From an uncultured bacterium (GTDB taxonomy: Bacteria > Armatimonadota > Hebobacteria > CAIYQO01), in NCBI GenBank assembly GCA_964638715.1, contig CAZWZF010000020.1, positions 6,653-70,652 on the forward strand: a DNA stretch of 64,000 bases, written 5' to 3'. Both the position numbers and the translations under genes were made by a program. The notes under the pieces were generated by a model. The model had not been told where the DNA came from and searched no databases. It was given only the letters and a program-made list of their open reading frames with translations. Shown here in pieces: positions 26,485-36,600 of this stretch; within the stretch, counting starts at the first letter, position 1; each line of letters opens with the position of its first letter.

Positions 26485-27315
26485 TTATTGACATGGCGAA
26501 GCACAACGGAAACCGATAACGCCGTAGCCGTAGTAGTCTGGGTTGGTGTAGCCGCGACACGCGACACGACACCAGTAGTAGTCGTAGTAGTCGCCCCAAG
26601 AACCACCCCGAAGCACGCGTTTATCTCCAGTTACTGGACCAGTAGGATTCTTCGCCGGTGCAGTCTTATAATAATTATCACCATACCAATCTGCACACCA
26701 CTCATACGCATTGCCAGACATATCTATCACACCAAACGGGCTGGCTCCTTTAGGAAAACTGCCAACCTGATGAGTTCCCGTCAACGTATCACCATCACAG
26801 GAATTTGACCAATTCGCACATTTAGTTTTATCCCACTCATTACCCCACGGGTAAACGCGGCCATCGGTTCCCCGTGCCGCTTTCTCCCATTGTGCCTCGG
26901 TTGGTAACACAACACCTGCCCAATCTGCATAAGCCTTTGCGTCATTCCAGCTTACATTAACTATCGGGTGATTATCCTGCCAACCCCAATCTGGTGCATC
27001 CGGCATTTTCCTTCCTGTTGCTACACAGAACTTACGGTACTGTGCTACAGTAACTTCAGTTTTATAGATATAGTAGGAATTCAGATTAACTTTACGTTGT
27101 GGTTTTTCATTGTCTTTTGCCTTTTTATCAGTATCAGTACTGCCCATCAGGAACTCACCGGCGGGGATAAATATCATTTCTGCTCCGTCTTTCGAATTTA
27201 TTTTCGTAGCTGGCAACGGAACAGTAGCCGGAGTGGCAGCCGGTTCATCAACCGCAAACACAGCATTTCCAATAGAGCATGTCAGTAAATAGACAAAGAA
27301 CATCACTTTGTTCAT
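26485..27315 (-). CDS. Formylglycine-generating enzyme family protein (SUMF1/FGE-sulfatase domain)
   Basis: FIPAGEFLMGS..., LPTEAQWEKAARG, GNAYEWCADWY and RVLRGGSW are the hallmark FGE-domain blocks. The start is an internal ATG with an AGGAGA RBS 9 nt upstream (MNKVMFFVYLL is a signal peptide). The track ORF begins at a TTG at 27339. Confidence 0.8.
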   Translation of the reverse strand: MNKVMFFVYLLTCSIGNAVFAVDEPAATPATVPLPATKINSKDGAEMIFIPAGEFLMGSTDTDKKAKDNEKPQRKVNLNSYYIYKTEVTVAQYRKFCVATGRKMPDAPDWGWQDNHPIVNVSWNDAKAYADWAGVVLPTEAQWEKAARGTDGRVYPWGNEWDKTKCANWSNSCDGDTLTGTHQVGSFPKGASPFGVIDMSGNAYEWCADWYGDNYYKTAPAKNPTGPVTGDKRVLRGGSWGDYYDYYWCRVACRGYTNPDYYGYGVIGFRCASPCQ

Positions 27316-27354
27316 AAAATAAAGTCTCCTAAAATACAATTATTTTTTTGTCTG

Positions 27355-27592
27355 AACCACGATTTATAGGATTAATGGATTAGGGGATTATTATTTTCGA
27401 ATTAGCCATAATTTTTTGAATTAAAAAAATCCTGTAATCCCAAAATCCCCAGAATCGTGGTTCAGACAAAAATCCTCTAATGAAATATTATATGTATCTT
27501 GCGGGTGTGTCAATGAATGTTTGGGGGGTATTTGTCTGAACCACGGATTGAGAGGATTTTTGGGATTACAGGGAATTAGCATCGAAATTGGG
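27355..27592. repeat. Cluster of GAACCACGATT-family inverted repeats (copies 2-4) 5-prime of the FGE gene
   Basis: tgtctgaaccacgatttataggatta..., cccagaatcgtggttcagacaaaaatcctctaatg (inverted) and tgtctgaaccacggattgagaggatttttgggattacagggaatt. There is also a second nested pair, aatcctgtaatcccaaaatcc / ggatttttgggattacagg. Confidence 0.5.
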
Positions 27593-27636
27593 ATAAAAGA
27601 CGTGGTTTTAAATTGAAAATCTCATATCGTCGAAGA

Positions 27637-27833
27637 CCACCCCCTGCCCCCTCCTTGTCAAGGAGGGGAGTTTACTTTATATAGTACTATTTTAATCACT
27701 AAGAAATCGAAGTGACCTCTACCGAAAACTTAACACTTTTCCAATTTATTGGGGTTAGGTATTAGGTGTAATAGTGACAATTAATATCAAACGAACTCCC
27801 CTCCTTGCCAAGGAGGGGGCAGGGGGTGGTTTG
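27637..27833. repeat. MITE-like element, family C (about 40-bp G/C-rich TIRs ACCACCCCCTGCCCCCTCCTTGTCAAGGAGGGGAGTT / AACTCCCCTCCTTGCCAAGGAGGGGGCAGGGGGTGGTTTG), copy 1
   Basis: The near-perfect inverted termini are each internally palindromic (ctccttgNcaaggag). It sits in the large FGE / DUF1549 intergenic region and is flanked by TTAGGGG/TTAGGT-type imperfect repeats at about 27741-27780 and 27881-27910. Confidence 0.6.
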
Positions 27834-28023
27834 ATTAAGATAAAATTTGATATAGTAATAAAATTTTTAACAAAAACTAAGAACCTAACCCCTAAACTCC
27901 TAACCCCTAAAATGCAACTATTCCACCCCAAATAAGGTATAATAAAGCATAATGACCTGCTGTTACGTCCGGGGTTTTGTGGAATAATTCTCTACCGCAC
28001 CCTGTAACGAGGAAGGATTGTTG

Positions 28024-29595
28024 ATGAATAAATTAATTTTGCTGATAATAACCTTAATGCTTGCATGTACTGCTCAACTAATGGCGCAAGACCAAACCGT
28101 GATAAAACCTTATGAGACCGATAAATGGGCTACTGCTGGTAATATTATCGACACCAAGGTTGAGGCGACACTGGCGAAGTCCGGCGTGAAAATGCGCAAC
28201 TCCTGCAGCGATGAAGTATTCATTCGCCGGGTATACCAGGATATGATAGGCACGCTGCCCAACTTCAAGGAAGTCGATGCTTTTCTCAAAGACACTCGAC
28301 CTGACAAGCGCGCATTGCTGATTGAAGCGCTTTTCAACCGCGATGAGTTTGCGGATTATTCAGCGCTGCGCTGGTGCGATTTATTACGGGTAAAGTCGGA
28401 ATTTCCCATTAACCTGTGGCCAAACGCGGTGCAGGCATACCACCACTGGATACGAGACGCGGTGCAAAAAAATATGCCGTATGACCAGTTCGTCCGCGAA
28501 CTGCTCACCAGCAGTGGAAGCAACTTTCGTGTGCCGCCGGTGAATTTTTACCGCGCCTTGCCCAGCAAAGACCCGACAACCATCGCCAGAACCGTCGCCC
28601 TTAATTTCATGGGGACGCGCTATGATAAATGGCCCGACCAGCAGCAGAAAGATATGACTGTATTCTTTTCCCGAGTGGCGTATAAAAAAACCGGCGAGTG
28701 GAAAGAAGAGATGGTTTACCTGAACCCGGCGGATAACAGTGCGTTAAAAACAAAATTCCCGGATGGCACCGACGCGTTAATACCCGCTGACAGCGATCCG
28801 CGAGTTGTTTTTGCAAACTGGCTGCTGGCTCCCGGCAATAAATGGTTTGCCCGCAATATTGTTAATTGCGTTTGGACATGGACAATGGGTCACGGAATAA
28901 TCCACGAAACTGATGATATACGCGCCGACAACCCGCCGGCAAGCCCGGAAACCCTTGCTGCACTTGAAGCTGAATTTGTTAAATCAAAATACGATATCCG
29001 GCAAATTTACCGATTGATATTAAACTCTAAAACCTACCAGCAGTCGTCAATACCACACGGCGATACTGCCGACCCGAACATGCAATTTGCCCACTACACC
29101 GTGCGCCGATTGGATGCCGAGGTATTGATAGATGCGCTGTGCTGGATTGGTGGGCACGGTGAGAACTATTCCAGCGCAATTCCAGAACCATTCACTTATA
29201 TACCAAAAGAGAATCACACCATATCCCTGGCAGACGGCAGCATCACCAGTACATTCCTGATGAAATTTGGCCGGCCATCACGAGATACCGGACTTGAATC
29301 TGAACGCGACAATCACCCATCGGAAGACCAGGCGTTGTATATGCTCAATTCGTCTGATATTCAGCGCAGAATCGACACTTCTCCGCGATTGCTGGCGGTT
29401 AATTCCCTTGCCAAAGGCAATAAACAAACAATAATCAAGTGGATTTACCTGCCGCTGCTGTCGCGTTTCCCTACCCCCGCCGAAATGGCTACCGCAGACA
29501 AATATTTCCAAACCCCAGGTCTGCAAACCAGACAAGCACAAAGCGACCTGGCATGGTCGCTGATTAACAGCAAAGAATTTTTGTATAAGCATTGA
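28024..29595 (+). CDS. DUF1549/DUF1553 (PSCyt2/PSD1) domain protein, Planctomycete-type secreted protein
   Basis: Signal peptide MNKLILLIITLMLACTAQLMAQ. The conserved DUF1549 block is ...FNRDEFADYSALRWCDLLRV..., with DUF1553-like C-terminal blocks. It forms the usual pair with a downstream DUF1501 protein. Confidence 0.7.
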   Translation: MNKLILLIITLMLACTAQLMAQDQTVIKPYETDKWATAGNIIDTKVEATLAKSGVKMRNSCSDEVFIRRVYQDMIGTLPNFKEVDAFLKDTRPDKRALLIEALFNRDEFADYSALRWCDLLRVKSEFPINLWPNAVQAYHHWIRDAVQKNMPYDQFVRELLTSSGSNFRVPPVNFYRALPSKDPTTIARTVALNFMGTRYDKWPDQQQKDMTVFFSRVAYKKTGEWKEEMVYLNPADNSALKTKFPDGTDALIPADSDPRVVFANWLLAPGNKWFARNIVNCVWTWTMGHGIIHETDDIRADNPPASPETLAALEAEFVKSKYDIRQIYRLILNSKTYQQSSIPHGDTADPNMQFAHYTVRRLDAEVLIDALCWIGGHGENYSSAIPEPFTYIPKENHTISLADGSITSTFLMKFGRPSRDTGLESERDNHPSEDQALYMLNSSDIQRRIDTSPRLLAVNSLAKGNKQTIIKWIYLPLLSRFPTPAEMATADKYFQTPGLQTRQAQSDLAWSLINSKEFLYKH

Positions 29596-29682
29596 GTAGG
29601 GGCAGGTTCGTAACCTGCCCATGTGACCGTAACGCAGTTCGGTCGCTGAGTTTGTCGAAGTGGACATGCAAAAGGAAAAAAG

Positions 29683-31020
29683 ATGAATATCAAATCATTA
29701 ATAAAATATCAACTTGTCGCATTGCTGGTGACAGCATTTATCAGCGCAATGCCGCAGGCGCCGACACCAACTCCAACAACACCTACACCCGTTGTAGATG
29801 CACCGGTAAAAAAGCCAAATGCAAAAGCCGTCATCCAGATATGGATGTGGGGCGGTCCGTCGCATCTCGACACTTTTGACCCCAAGCCGGATGCCGGTTA
29901 CGACTATTCCGGTCCGCTGAAAAATCCGATACAGACAAATGTGGAAGGTATTAAGATAAGCGAATTGCTGCCTTTATTGGCACAGCAGGCCGACAAATAC
30001 GCCATCATTCGCAGTATGACCCACGGCAGCAATTCTCACGAAACTGCGGCATATATGATGCAGACCGGCCACGAACCGGGAGTTGGTTTGGTTTACCCAT
30101 CATGTGGCGCGATAGTATCCTGTTTTAAGGGGTACGACCATGGCTACACCGGCATGATTCCGCCGTATATCGTGCTTACCGAAGGGCAGGGACGCTTTGC
30201 TGAAGAAGGATTTTTAGGCCCGAAATACAAACCATTCATCACCGGCGGTGACCCCAGCAGAACGCCATTCGCGGTAGAAGGAATCATTGCCGCCGATATA
30301 ACCGATCAACGCCAGCAGGCCCGGCGCGAATTGATGCACAATTTAGATACCCTTGGCATCGCTATTCCTGACAATCCTGATTTTGTAACAGCAAAAAAAT
30401 GCGAAGATAAAGCATACGATTTAATTTTAGGCAATGCCCGCAAGGTATTCGACCTGACCCAGGAAACTGATGAAATGCGCGACAAATATGGACGAACGAA
30501 GTTCGGACAGGAATGCCTGGTGGCGCGGAGACTGGTCGAAAGCGGCGTGCCTTATGTAACAATCAATTATGGCGGTTGGGATACCCACAAACAACATTTT
30601 GAAGCGATGAAACAAAAATTGCCCGACCTGGACCGCGGCATGTCGGCATTATTGCAGGATTTATCTGATAAAAAATTGCTTGATACCACCATCGTATGGT
30701 GGGGCGGCGAATTCGGTAGAACCCCGAAAGTATCCTGGGAAGCCCCGTGGAATGGCGGACGCAGCCATTACGGCAATGTCTTTTCCGTTGTTCTTGCTGG
30801 TGGTGGATTTCAGGGTGGCAAGGTTGTTGGCGCGTCTGACGCAAAAGGCGAAAAAGTAGCTGACCGTCCGGTTTACCCGCGCGATTTAATCGGCTCTATT
30901 CTGGAACGCCTTGGTATCGACCCCGACGCCAAGTTGCCCAATGACAAGGGTCTGGATTTAAAAGTCATGCCTTCCACCGATAATAAACCAGGTGCTGGCC
31001 GCTTGAAAGAGATAATGTAG
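29683..31020 (+). CDS. DUF1501 domain protein (sulfatase-like fold)
   Basis: 445 aa with ...IQIWMWGGPSHLDTFDPKP..., a central GWDTH and C-terminal WWGGEFGRTP blocks characteristic of DUF1501. It follows the DUF1549/DUF1553 gene after 87 nt. Confidence 0.8.
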   Translation: MNIKSLIKYQLVALLVTAFISAMPQAPTPTPTTPTPVVDAPVKKPNAKAVIQIWMWGGPSHLDTFDPKPDAGYDYSGPLKNPIQTNVEGIKISELLPLLAQQADKYAIIRSMTHGSNSHETAAYMMQTGHEPGVGLVYPSCGAIVSCFKGYDHGYTGMIPPYIVLTEGQGRFAEEGFLGPKYKPFITGGDPSRTPFAVEGIIAADITDQRQQARRELMHNLDTLGIAIPDNPDFVTAKKCEDKAYDLILGNARKVFDLTQETDEMRDKYGRTKFGQECLVARRLVESGVPYVTINYGGWDTHKQHFEAMKQKLPDLDRGMSALLQDLSDKKLLDTTIVWWGGEFGRTPKVSWEAPWNGGRSHYGNVFSVVLAGGGFQGGKVVGASDAKGEKVADRPVYPRDLIGSILERLGIDPDAKLPNDKGLDLKVMPSTDNKPGAGRLKEIM

Positions 31021-31037
31021 GCTTGAGGAGTATCACT

Positions 31038-33383
31038 ATGAATTTGCTCACGCGATTAATTATATTAACATCATTGTTTGCCGGGTCTCTTGCATTATTG
31101 CATGCGGCAAATGAACCATACATAGCCTACGTTTATCCTGCCGGCGGTCAGCAAGGCACCACCTTTCAGGTTACTATTGCCGGCCAGCGCCTGCGCGGTG
31201 TAAATACCGTATATTTCACCGGCAGCGGTATAAAAGCATCTATTCTCGACTACACACCTGCTAATGGCAAACTAAATAAATTGCAGGAAGAAGAATTGCA
31301 GAAGCGCCTTCAGGAAATTAGAAAAACGCGTTTAGATGAAATGCGCAATAAGAATAAAAAACCTGCTCCAGTTGCACCAGTTACTAATCCTGCTGCACCT
31401 GTGACCGCTCCTGTTGTACCAGCCACTGCTACTCCTGCTGTGCCGCCAGCGAATCCACCAGTTGTTGCACCAGGAACAACTCCCGCCGCCACACCAGCAG
31501 AACCGCCAGTTGTTACACCGCCGCCAATCGTACTGCCTGATTTACCGGAACTTCGCAATCTGGACCAGATGACAATTAAACAGCTTCAGCAAGTATATGA
31601 TAAATTTTTAAACAAGCAAAAACAGCCAAAAGCGCCTATGAATGAAATAGTGGTGATTGAAGTGACCATTGACGCCGATGCAGCCATCGGTAATAGAGAA
31701 TTGCGTCTTCGTACCCCTGCGGGCGGATTGACGAACCCGATGATGTTTCAGGTGAGCAATCTGCCGGAGATGCACGAACCAACCGAATATGATACCCCGC
31801 CAGAAAATCCAGTACCACTGACAGCACCCGCTGTATTAAACGGGCAAATAATGCCTGGCGAGGTAGATAAATATAATATACAGCTAAAAGGCGGGCAAAA
31901 ACTGATCATCGCCGCCCAGGCACGCAACCTGATACCATATATCGCGGATGCCGTGCCGGGATGGATACAGGGAATACTCACCATCAGCGACTCTACCGGC
32001 AAGGAGTTAGCATTTAACGACGACAACGGGTTCGACCCCGACCCGATATTATATTTCAATGTTCCGCAGGATGGGAATTACACCATAAAATTCCGCGACT
32101 CCATTTACCGCGGACGCTGGGATTTCGTCTATCGTATCTACATCGCGGATCAACCGGCAATGCAGGTATTATTCCCCACCGGCAGCCGCGTTGGCATGTC
32201 AATGAATAATGTACCGGCAGACTGGGGAGTAACCGTAAAACCACCGATGACAGACGTGCAATTCCCGGAATTGCCGCGTGCTGCCGAGGTAGAACCGAAT
32301 AATACCATCGAGAAAGCACAGGCTATCACCATACCGGTAGTAATAAATGGCTGCATCAACAGCAGCGACACCGATTATTACAAATTTACCGGCAGCACCG
32401 GCGATACCATTGTCGCTGCGGTATATGCCCGGCAATACGGGTCGCAGTTAGATTCCATATTGCGGTTAACCGATGCCGCCGGCAAGGTTGTCGCGTCGAA
32501 TGACGACTTTGAAAATAAAGACCTGGGATTAATGACCCACCATGCGGATTCTTACCTGATGATAAAATTGCCGGCAAACGGAATATATTACCTGCAGATA
32601 ACCGACGCAGAACGTCACGGCAGCGATTTATTCACTTACTCACTGCGGGTCAGCCCGCCGCAGCCAGATTTCTCGCTGACTATCTCGCCATCGTGCGTCA
32701 ATGTGCCACCGGGACGACCGGGAATTATCACAGTATCCGCGGTACGCAAAGATGGCTGGGATGGCGACATCGAAGTAGCATTAAAGGATGCGCCTGCCGG
32801 ATTCTCACTGGGCGGAGCAGTTATCCCACACGGTAAAAACAGCATACGAATGACCCTGACAGCACCAGATAAAAAATCTGAACAGCCTATCAGTATAAAT
32901 CTGGAAGGCCGTGCCACCGTTGGAGACAAAGTAATTACCCGCTCGGTAATCGCCGCCGATAACGTAATGCAGGCATTTGCGTATATGCACCTGGTACCGT
33001 CACAAAATCTGGAAGTCGCCATTGCCGGCGGACGCAGAGCACCGATTATCATCCTGCTAAACAAAGACCGCCTGAAAATCCCTTCCGGCGGAACGGCAAT
33101 AACCACCATCACCATCGTACCGGCAATAAACATAAACTTGCCTATCAGCATAGAATTAAGCGACCCGCCGGCAGGAATAACCCTGAAAGACGCCAGCAAC
33201 ACCGCGCAGGGAATAGTGCTGACCTTCGCCGCCGATGATAAACACACCGGCACCATCGACAACCTGATAGCAGAAGTATTCACCACCATAGATGTTCCTG
33301 ACAAGAAAACCGGAACCACAAAAAAACAAAGAGTCTCCGCCGGAGTATTGCCGGCAATACCGGTTGAGGTGGTGAAACAGTAA
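31038..33383 (+). CDS. Secreted protein with a Pro/Ala/Val-rich linker and two bacterial pre-peptidase C-terminal (PPC)-like domains
   Basis: The start is an ATG preceded by GAGGAG (signal peptide MNLLTRLIILTSLFAGSLALLHA). The linker is PAPVAPVTNPAAPVTAPVVPATATPAVPPANPPVVAPGTTPAATPAEPPVVTPPP. There are two PPC-like modules (DKYNIQLKGGQKLIIAA...NDDNGFDPDPILYFNVPQDGNYTIKF and DYYKFTGSTGDTIVAAVYA...NDDFENKDLGL...ANGIYYLQI). Confidence 0.6.
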   Translation: MNLLTRLIILTSLFAGSLALLHAANEPYIAYVYPAGGQQGTTFQVTIAGQRLRGVNTVYFTGSGIKASILDYTPANGKLNKLQEEELQKRLQEIRKTRLDEMRNKNKKPAPVAPVTNPAAPVTAPVVPATATPAVPPANPPVVAPGTTPAATPAEPPVVTPPPIVLPDLPELRNLDQMTIKQLQQVYDKFLNKQKQPKAPMNEIVVIEVTIDADAAIGNRELRLRTPAGGLTNPMMFQVSNLPEMHEPTEYDTPPENPVPLTAPAVLNGQIMPGEVDKYNIQLKGGQKLIIAAQARNLIPYIADAVPGWIQGILTISDSTGKELAFNDDNGFDPDPILYFNVPQDGNYTIKFRDSIYRGRWDFVYRIYIADQPAMQVLFPTGSRVGMSMNNVPADWGVTVKPPMTDVQFPELPRAAEVEPNNTIEKAQAITIPVVINGCINSSDTDYYKFTGSTGDTIVAAVYARQYGSQLDSILRLTDAAGKVVASNDDFENKDLGLMTHHADSYLMIKLPANGIYYLQITDAERHGSDLFTYSLRVSPPQPDFSLTISPSCVNVPPGRPGIITVSAVRKDGWDGDIEVALKDAPAGFSLGGAVIPHGKNSIRMTLTAPDKKSEQPISINLEGRATVGDKVITRSVIAADNVMQAFAYMHLVPSQNLEVAIAGGRRAPIIILLNKDRLKIPSGGTAITTITIVPAININLPISIELSDPPAGITLKDASNTAQGIVLTFAADDKHTGTIDNLIAEVFTTIDVPDKKTGTTKKQRVSAGVLPAIPVEVVKQ

Positions 33384-33413
33384 GTCAGTTGATAGTGGAC
33401 AGTGGACAGTTTT

Positions 33414-33536
33414 TTTCACATCGATTAATAAGATAAAAAGGATATTAACACCTTGATATCACAGTAACTGCGAAGACATCTGATTTTAAAATCAGATGTC
33501 TTCTATCTTTTCAATCCTATTAATCGATGTGAAAAG
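33414..33536. repeat. MITE-like element, family A, copy 2 (about 123 bp; TIRs TTTTCACATCGATTAATAAG / CTATTAATCGATGTGAAAAG) containing a terminator-like hairpin
   Basis: It has the same 15-nt TIR core, TTTCACATCGATTAA, as the copy at 8423-8680. The interior holds a perfect palindrome, gaagacatctgattttaaaatcagatgtcttc, followed by a T-rich tract. Confidence 0.6.
33472..33512 (+). terminator. Terminator-like perfect hairpin after the PPC-domain protein gene, inside a family-A MITE-like element
   Basis: gaagacatctgattttaaaatcagatgtcttc followed by tatcttttc. Confidence 0.55.
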
Positions 33537-33632
33537 ATAGAAGCCTACAGTATATGTACTGTTACTAAAAAAATCACATTGACGTATCTGACGATAAATA
33601 GAGATAATACAGTCGGATGGCAGGAATAAAAA

Positions 33633-36600
33633 ATGGCTTCTTTAAATATAAATGACATTGTTGTAATTAATAAAGGTACTCTCGACCCGGATTTAGGCAT
33701 AGATATCGGGGGTTGGCAAGGTAAAATTACCGAATTCGAGGTTGAGAATGATGAGCAATTTGCTTGTGTTGAATTAGACGATTTTACCATTCTTAACATG
33801 GCTGATTGGATTATTAAATTCTGCGATGAAGAACGAATGGACATGGCATTGTTAAGAGTAGCGGTTGTTAACTTAACACCAGCCAAACCTGATGAAATAA
33901 AAGCGCACATTTTACAGAAAGCCGCTGAATTAGGTTCTCAATTCCATGATTTAACGCTTGAAGATGTTAAACTGCTTGCCGATTCAAATACAATATTCAA
34001 ACGCGGTAAAGACTATTATAATTCGGGAGCAATCCTGCATTATATAATATCCAATGGCAAAATCACCGCTCATGTTGAAGGAAGTTATAGCAATTATATA
34101 GTACATGCCGCTGAAGGACCAAGGGATATAAAAACGAATTGCACATGCCCATACGAAGGGGATATCTGTAAACATATCGTAGCGGTGCTGCTGAAAACTG
34201 TAAATGAAATTGCAAAAAGCAAACAGCTTTCCTTTGCTGAACTAATGAAAAATGGACCGGTATTAATATCAAAAACACCGAATATTAATGAAGTTAATAA
34301 TGCTATATCAACTGTTCAAACCCGGCATCAGCAAACAACTTCTGCCAATGATGAAATAGAGATAGCGACCCCGGAACCGATAGAGGAAATAGTTCCTGAA
34401 ATACAATCGCATTTGCTTGATATATTTCGGAAAGCTAAATCATTGACCCCGCTTTTTACCCGGGTAAACCATCGTGCCCACCCCATGGGAAAAGAACTAT
34501 TTCATAAAAAAGCTGCCGTATTGAATCATATAACAAATACTGCGGCTGAATTTGATGTTATAGAAGATGAAAAACTTTTATATCGGGTGAAAATAGTAAA
34601 CGATACGGATAGCCTGAGTGCGACAAAGATGTATTGCACCTGTTCCGGTTCGCGGGGGTACGGGTCGTATAATACTTGCGTTCATCAGGTAGCGGCAGTT
34701 TTCGCTCTGCATAAATTAGCTACGGATAATATCTCGCTGGAACAACAAAAAGCTGATACCGCATCAATATGGGAATCAAAATTATCCAATTTAATAGAAG
34801 GAACGAAAGCTGTAAAAAAACATCCATCAACTGCCGCAATACTGGCATTTTGTCTGAAAACAAATATTTCAACCGAAAAATGGAACTTAAAGGCATATAC
34901 CATCGCCACCTCGCATTTTGATGAAGATATTTTAAATGACCGGGCAGCGCTGCAAAATGCCATCTCTACCACCTTTAACTATCAAACAGCAAAAGAAATA
35001 TCACAATACAGTGCAATTCCGACAAACCTAATATATGGATCACCAGAATTAAACACCCTCGCGCGACTGGTAAGCCAGGCAAATTTTTATCACACCGGAA
35101 ATCCGCTGGAATTTTTGCTTCCTCAATTACGCAATGCGCTGGTATTTCATGGAGAACCGGATTATTACGGCAACCCATTTCTGCAGCCAATTATCGAGGT
35201 AGACCCCGAACCGCGAAAATTACTGCTTAATATTGAACAGGATGAAGTTAATATCTATATTCAACCCGCCATAATTGATGACGGAATTGAATATACATTA
35301 ACCCAGGAAGATACATCTATTGTTAATAATTCACCTTTGTGGATACTCGCGAAAAACAAGTTGCTGCTGATAGACGGCAATTATGAATTATTGCGGCGAC
35401 TATTGGAAACCCGCACGATAACAATACCTGTAGAAGGCAAGAAGAGATTCATCACCAACTATCTTCCCAAGCTGATTGACCGTGCTGAAGTATCTGGTGA
35501 TGCCATCGCCAACAAAATAGAATTGAGCGTAAAACCGGTAAACAGGGTTTATTTAACTGAAGACGAAAAATCTATCGTCGCTGAATTATCTTTCGGTTAT
35601 AATAATCTTGAGATACCGGCAGACACCTCCTGGCCGGAGAAATCGCTGCAATATGATGAAGATAGAAATATATTAGTCACAGTTACCCGCAATAAAGAAA
35701 TAGAGATGGAATCCTGGCGGATGATGAGTGAATTTGGCCTGAAACGCGACGGCGAACGCTTTATCCTCAGACAAAAAGTATCGCCGGTAGATTTCCTGCT
35801 GCGTCATCTGCCAAAAATGCAGGAATCCGGCTTTGAAGTGTTTGGCGAAGAAACATTGAAAAATAACCGGGTTAATAGAAATCAACCCCGGATGCGCATG
35901 TCGGTATCGTCTGGCATTGACTGGTTTGATGTAACGACAGTGGTCAGTTACGGCGATATAGAAGTCAGTTTGCTGGAAATCCGCAAGGCGCTTAAGCATC
36001 GGCAGGGATATGTTAAACTTCCTGATGGTTCGATGGGATTATTGCCGGATGAACTGTTAGCGCAATACCGCATGATATTCGCAATGGGACAAGAAACAGA
36101 GCAGGGAGTTCGCATGTCGAGAACCCAGGCTTCGCTGCTTGAATTAACATTAAGAAACACCGACGTGGTTACAGACGAGGAGTATACTAAACGCGTTGAG
36201 CAATTAAAAAACTTCACTCATATAGAAAACCGCCAGTTGCCAGCCAACTTCACCGGCGAATTACGGCATTATCAACAGGAAGGTTTCAACTGGCTGTATT
36301 TCCTGCATGATTACGGATTTGGCGGATGCCTGGCGGATGATATGGGCATCGGCAAAACGGTGCAGGCACTGGTTTTTCTGCAATCCCTGTTTGCCACCGG
36401 CCATACAAAATCCGCGTCGCTCATCGTTATGCCGCGCTCATTACTGGAAAACTGGGCACGTGAATCTGCCCGTTTCACCCCGGATTTAAAGGTGCTGATA
36501 CATGCCGACAATGACCGCAGCGACAGCCACACCTCATTTGACGGGTATCAACTGGTACTTACCACCTATGGCATTATGCTGCGCGATATAGAGTTGTTTA

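Noticed and set aside
31310-31558. Minus-strand ORF encoding GGVTTGGSAGVAAG... within the PPC-protein gene
   Set aside because: It is the mirror image of the Pro/Ala/Val-rich linker of the plus-strand gene, a low-complexity antisense artefact.
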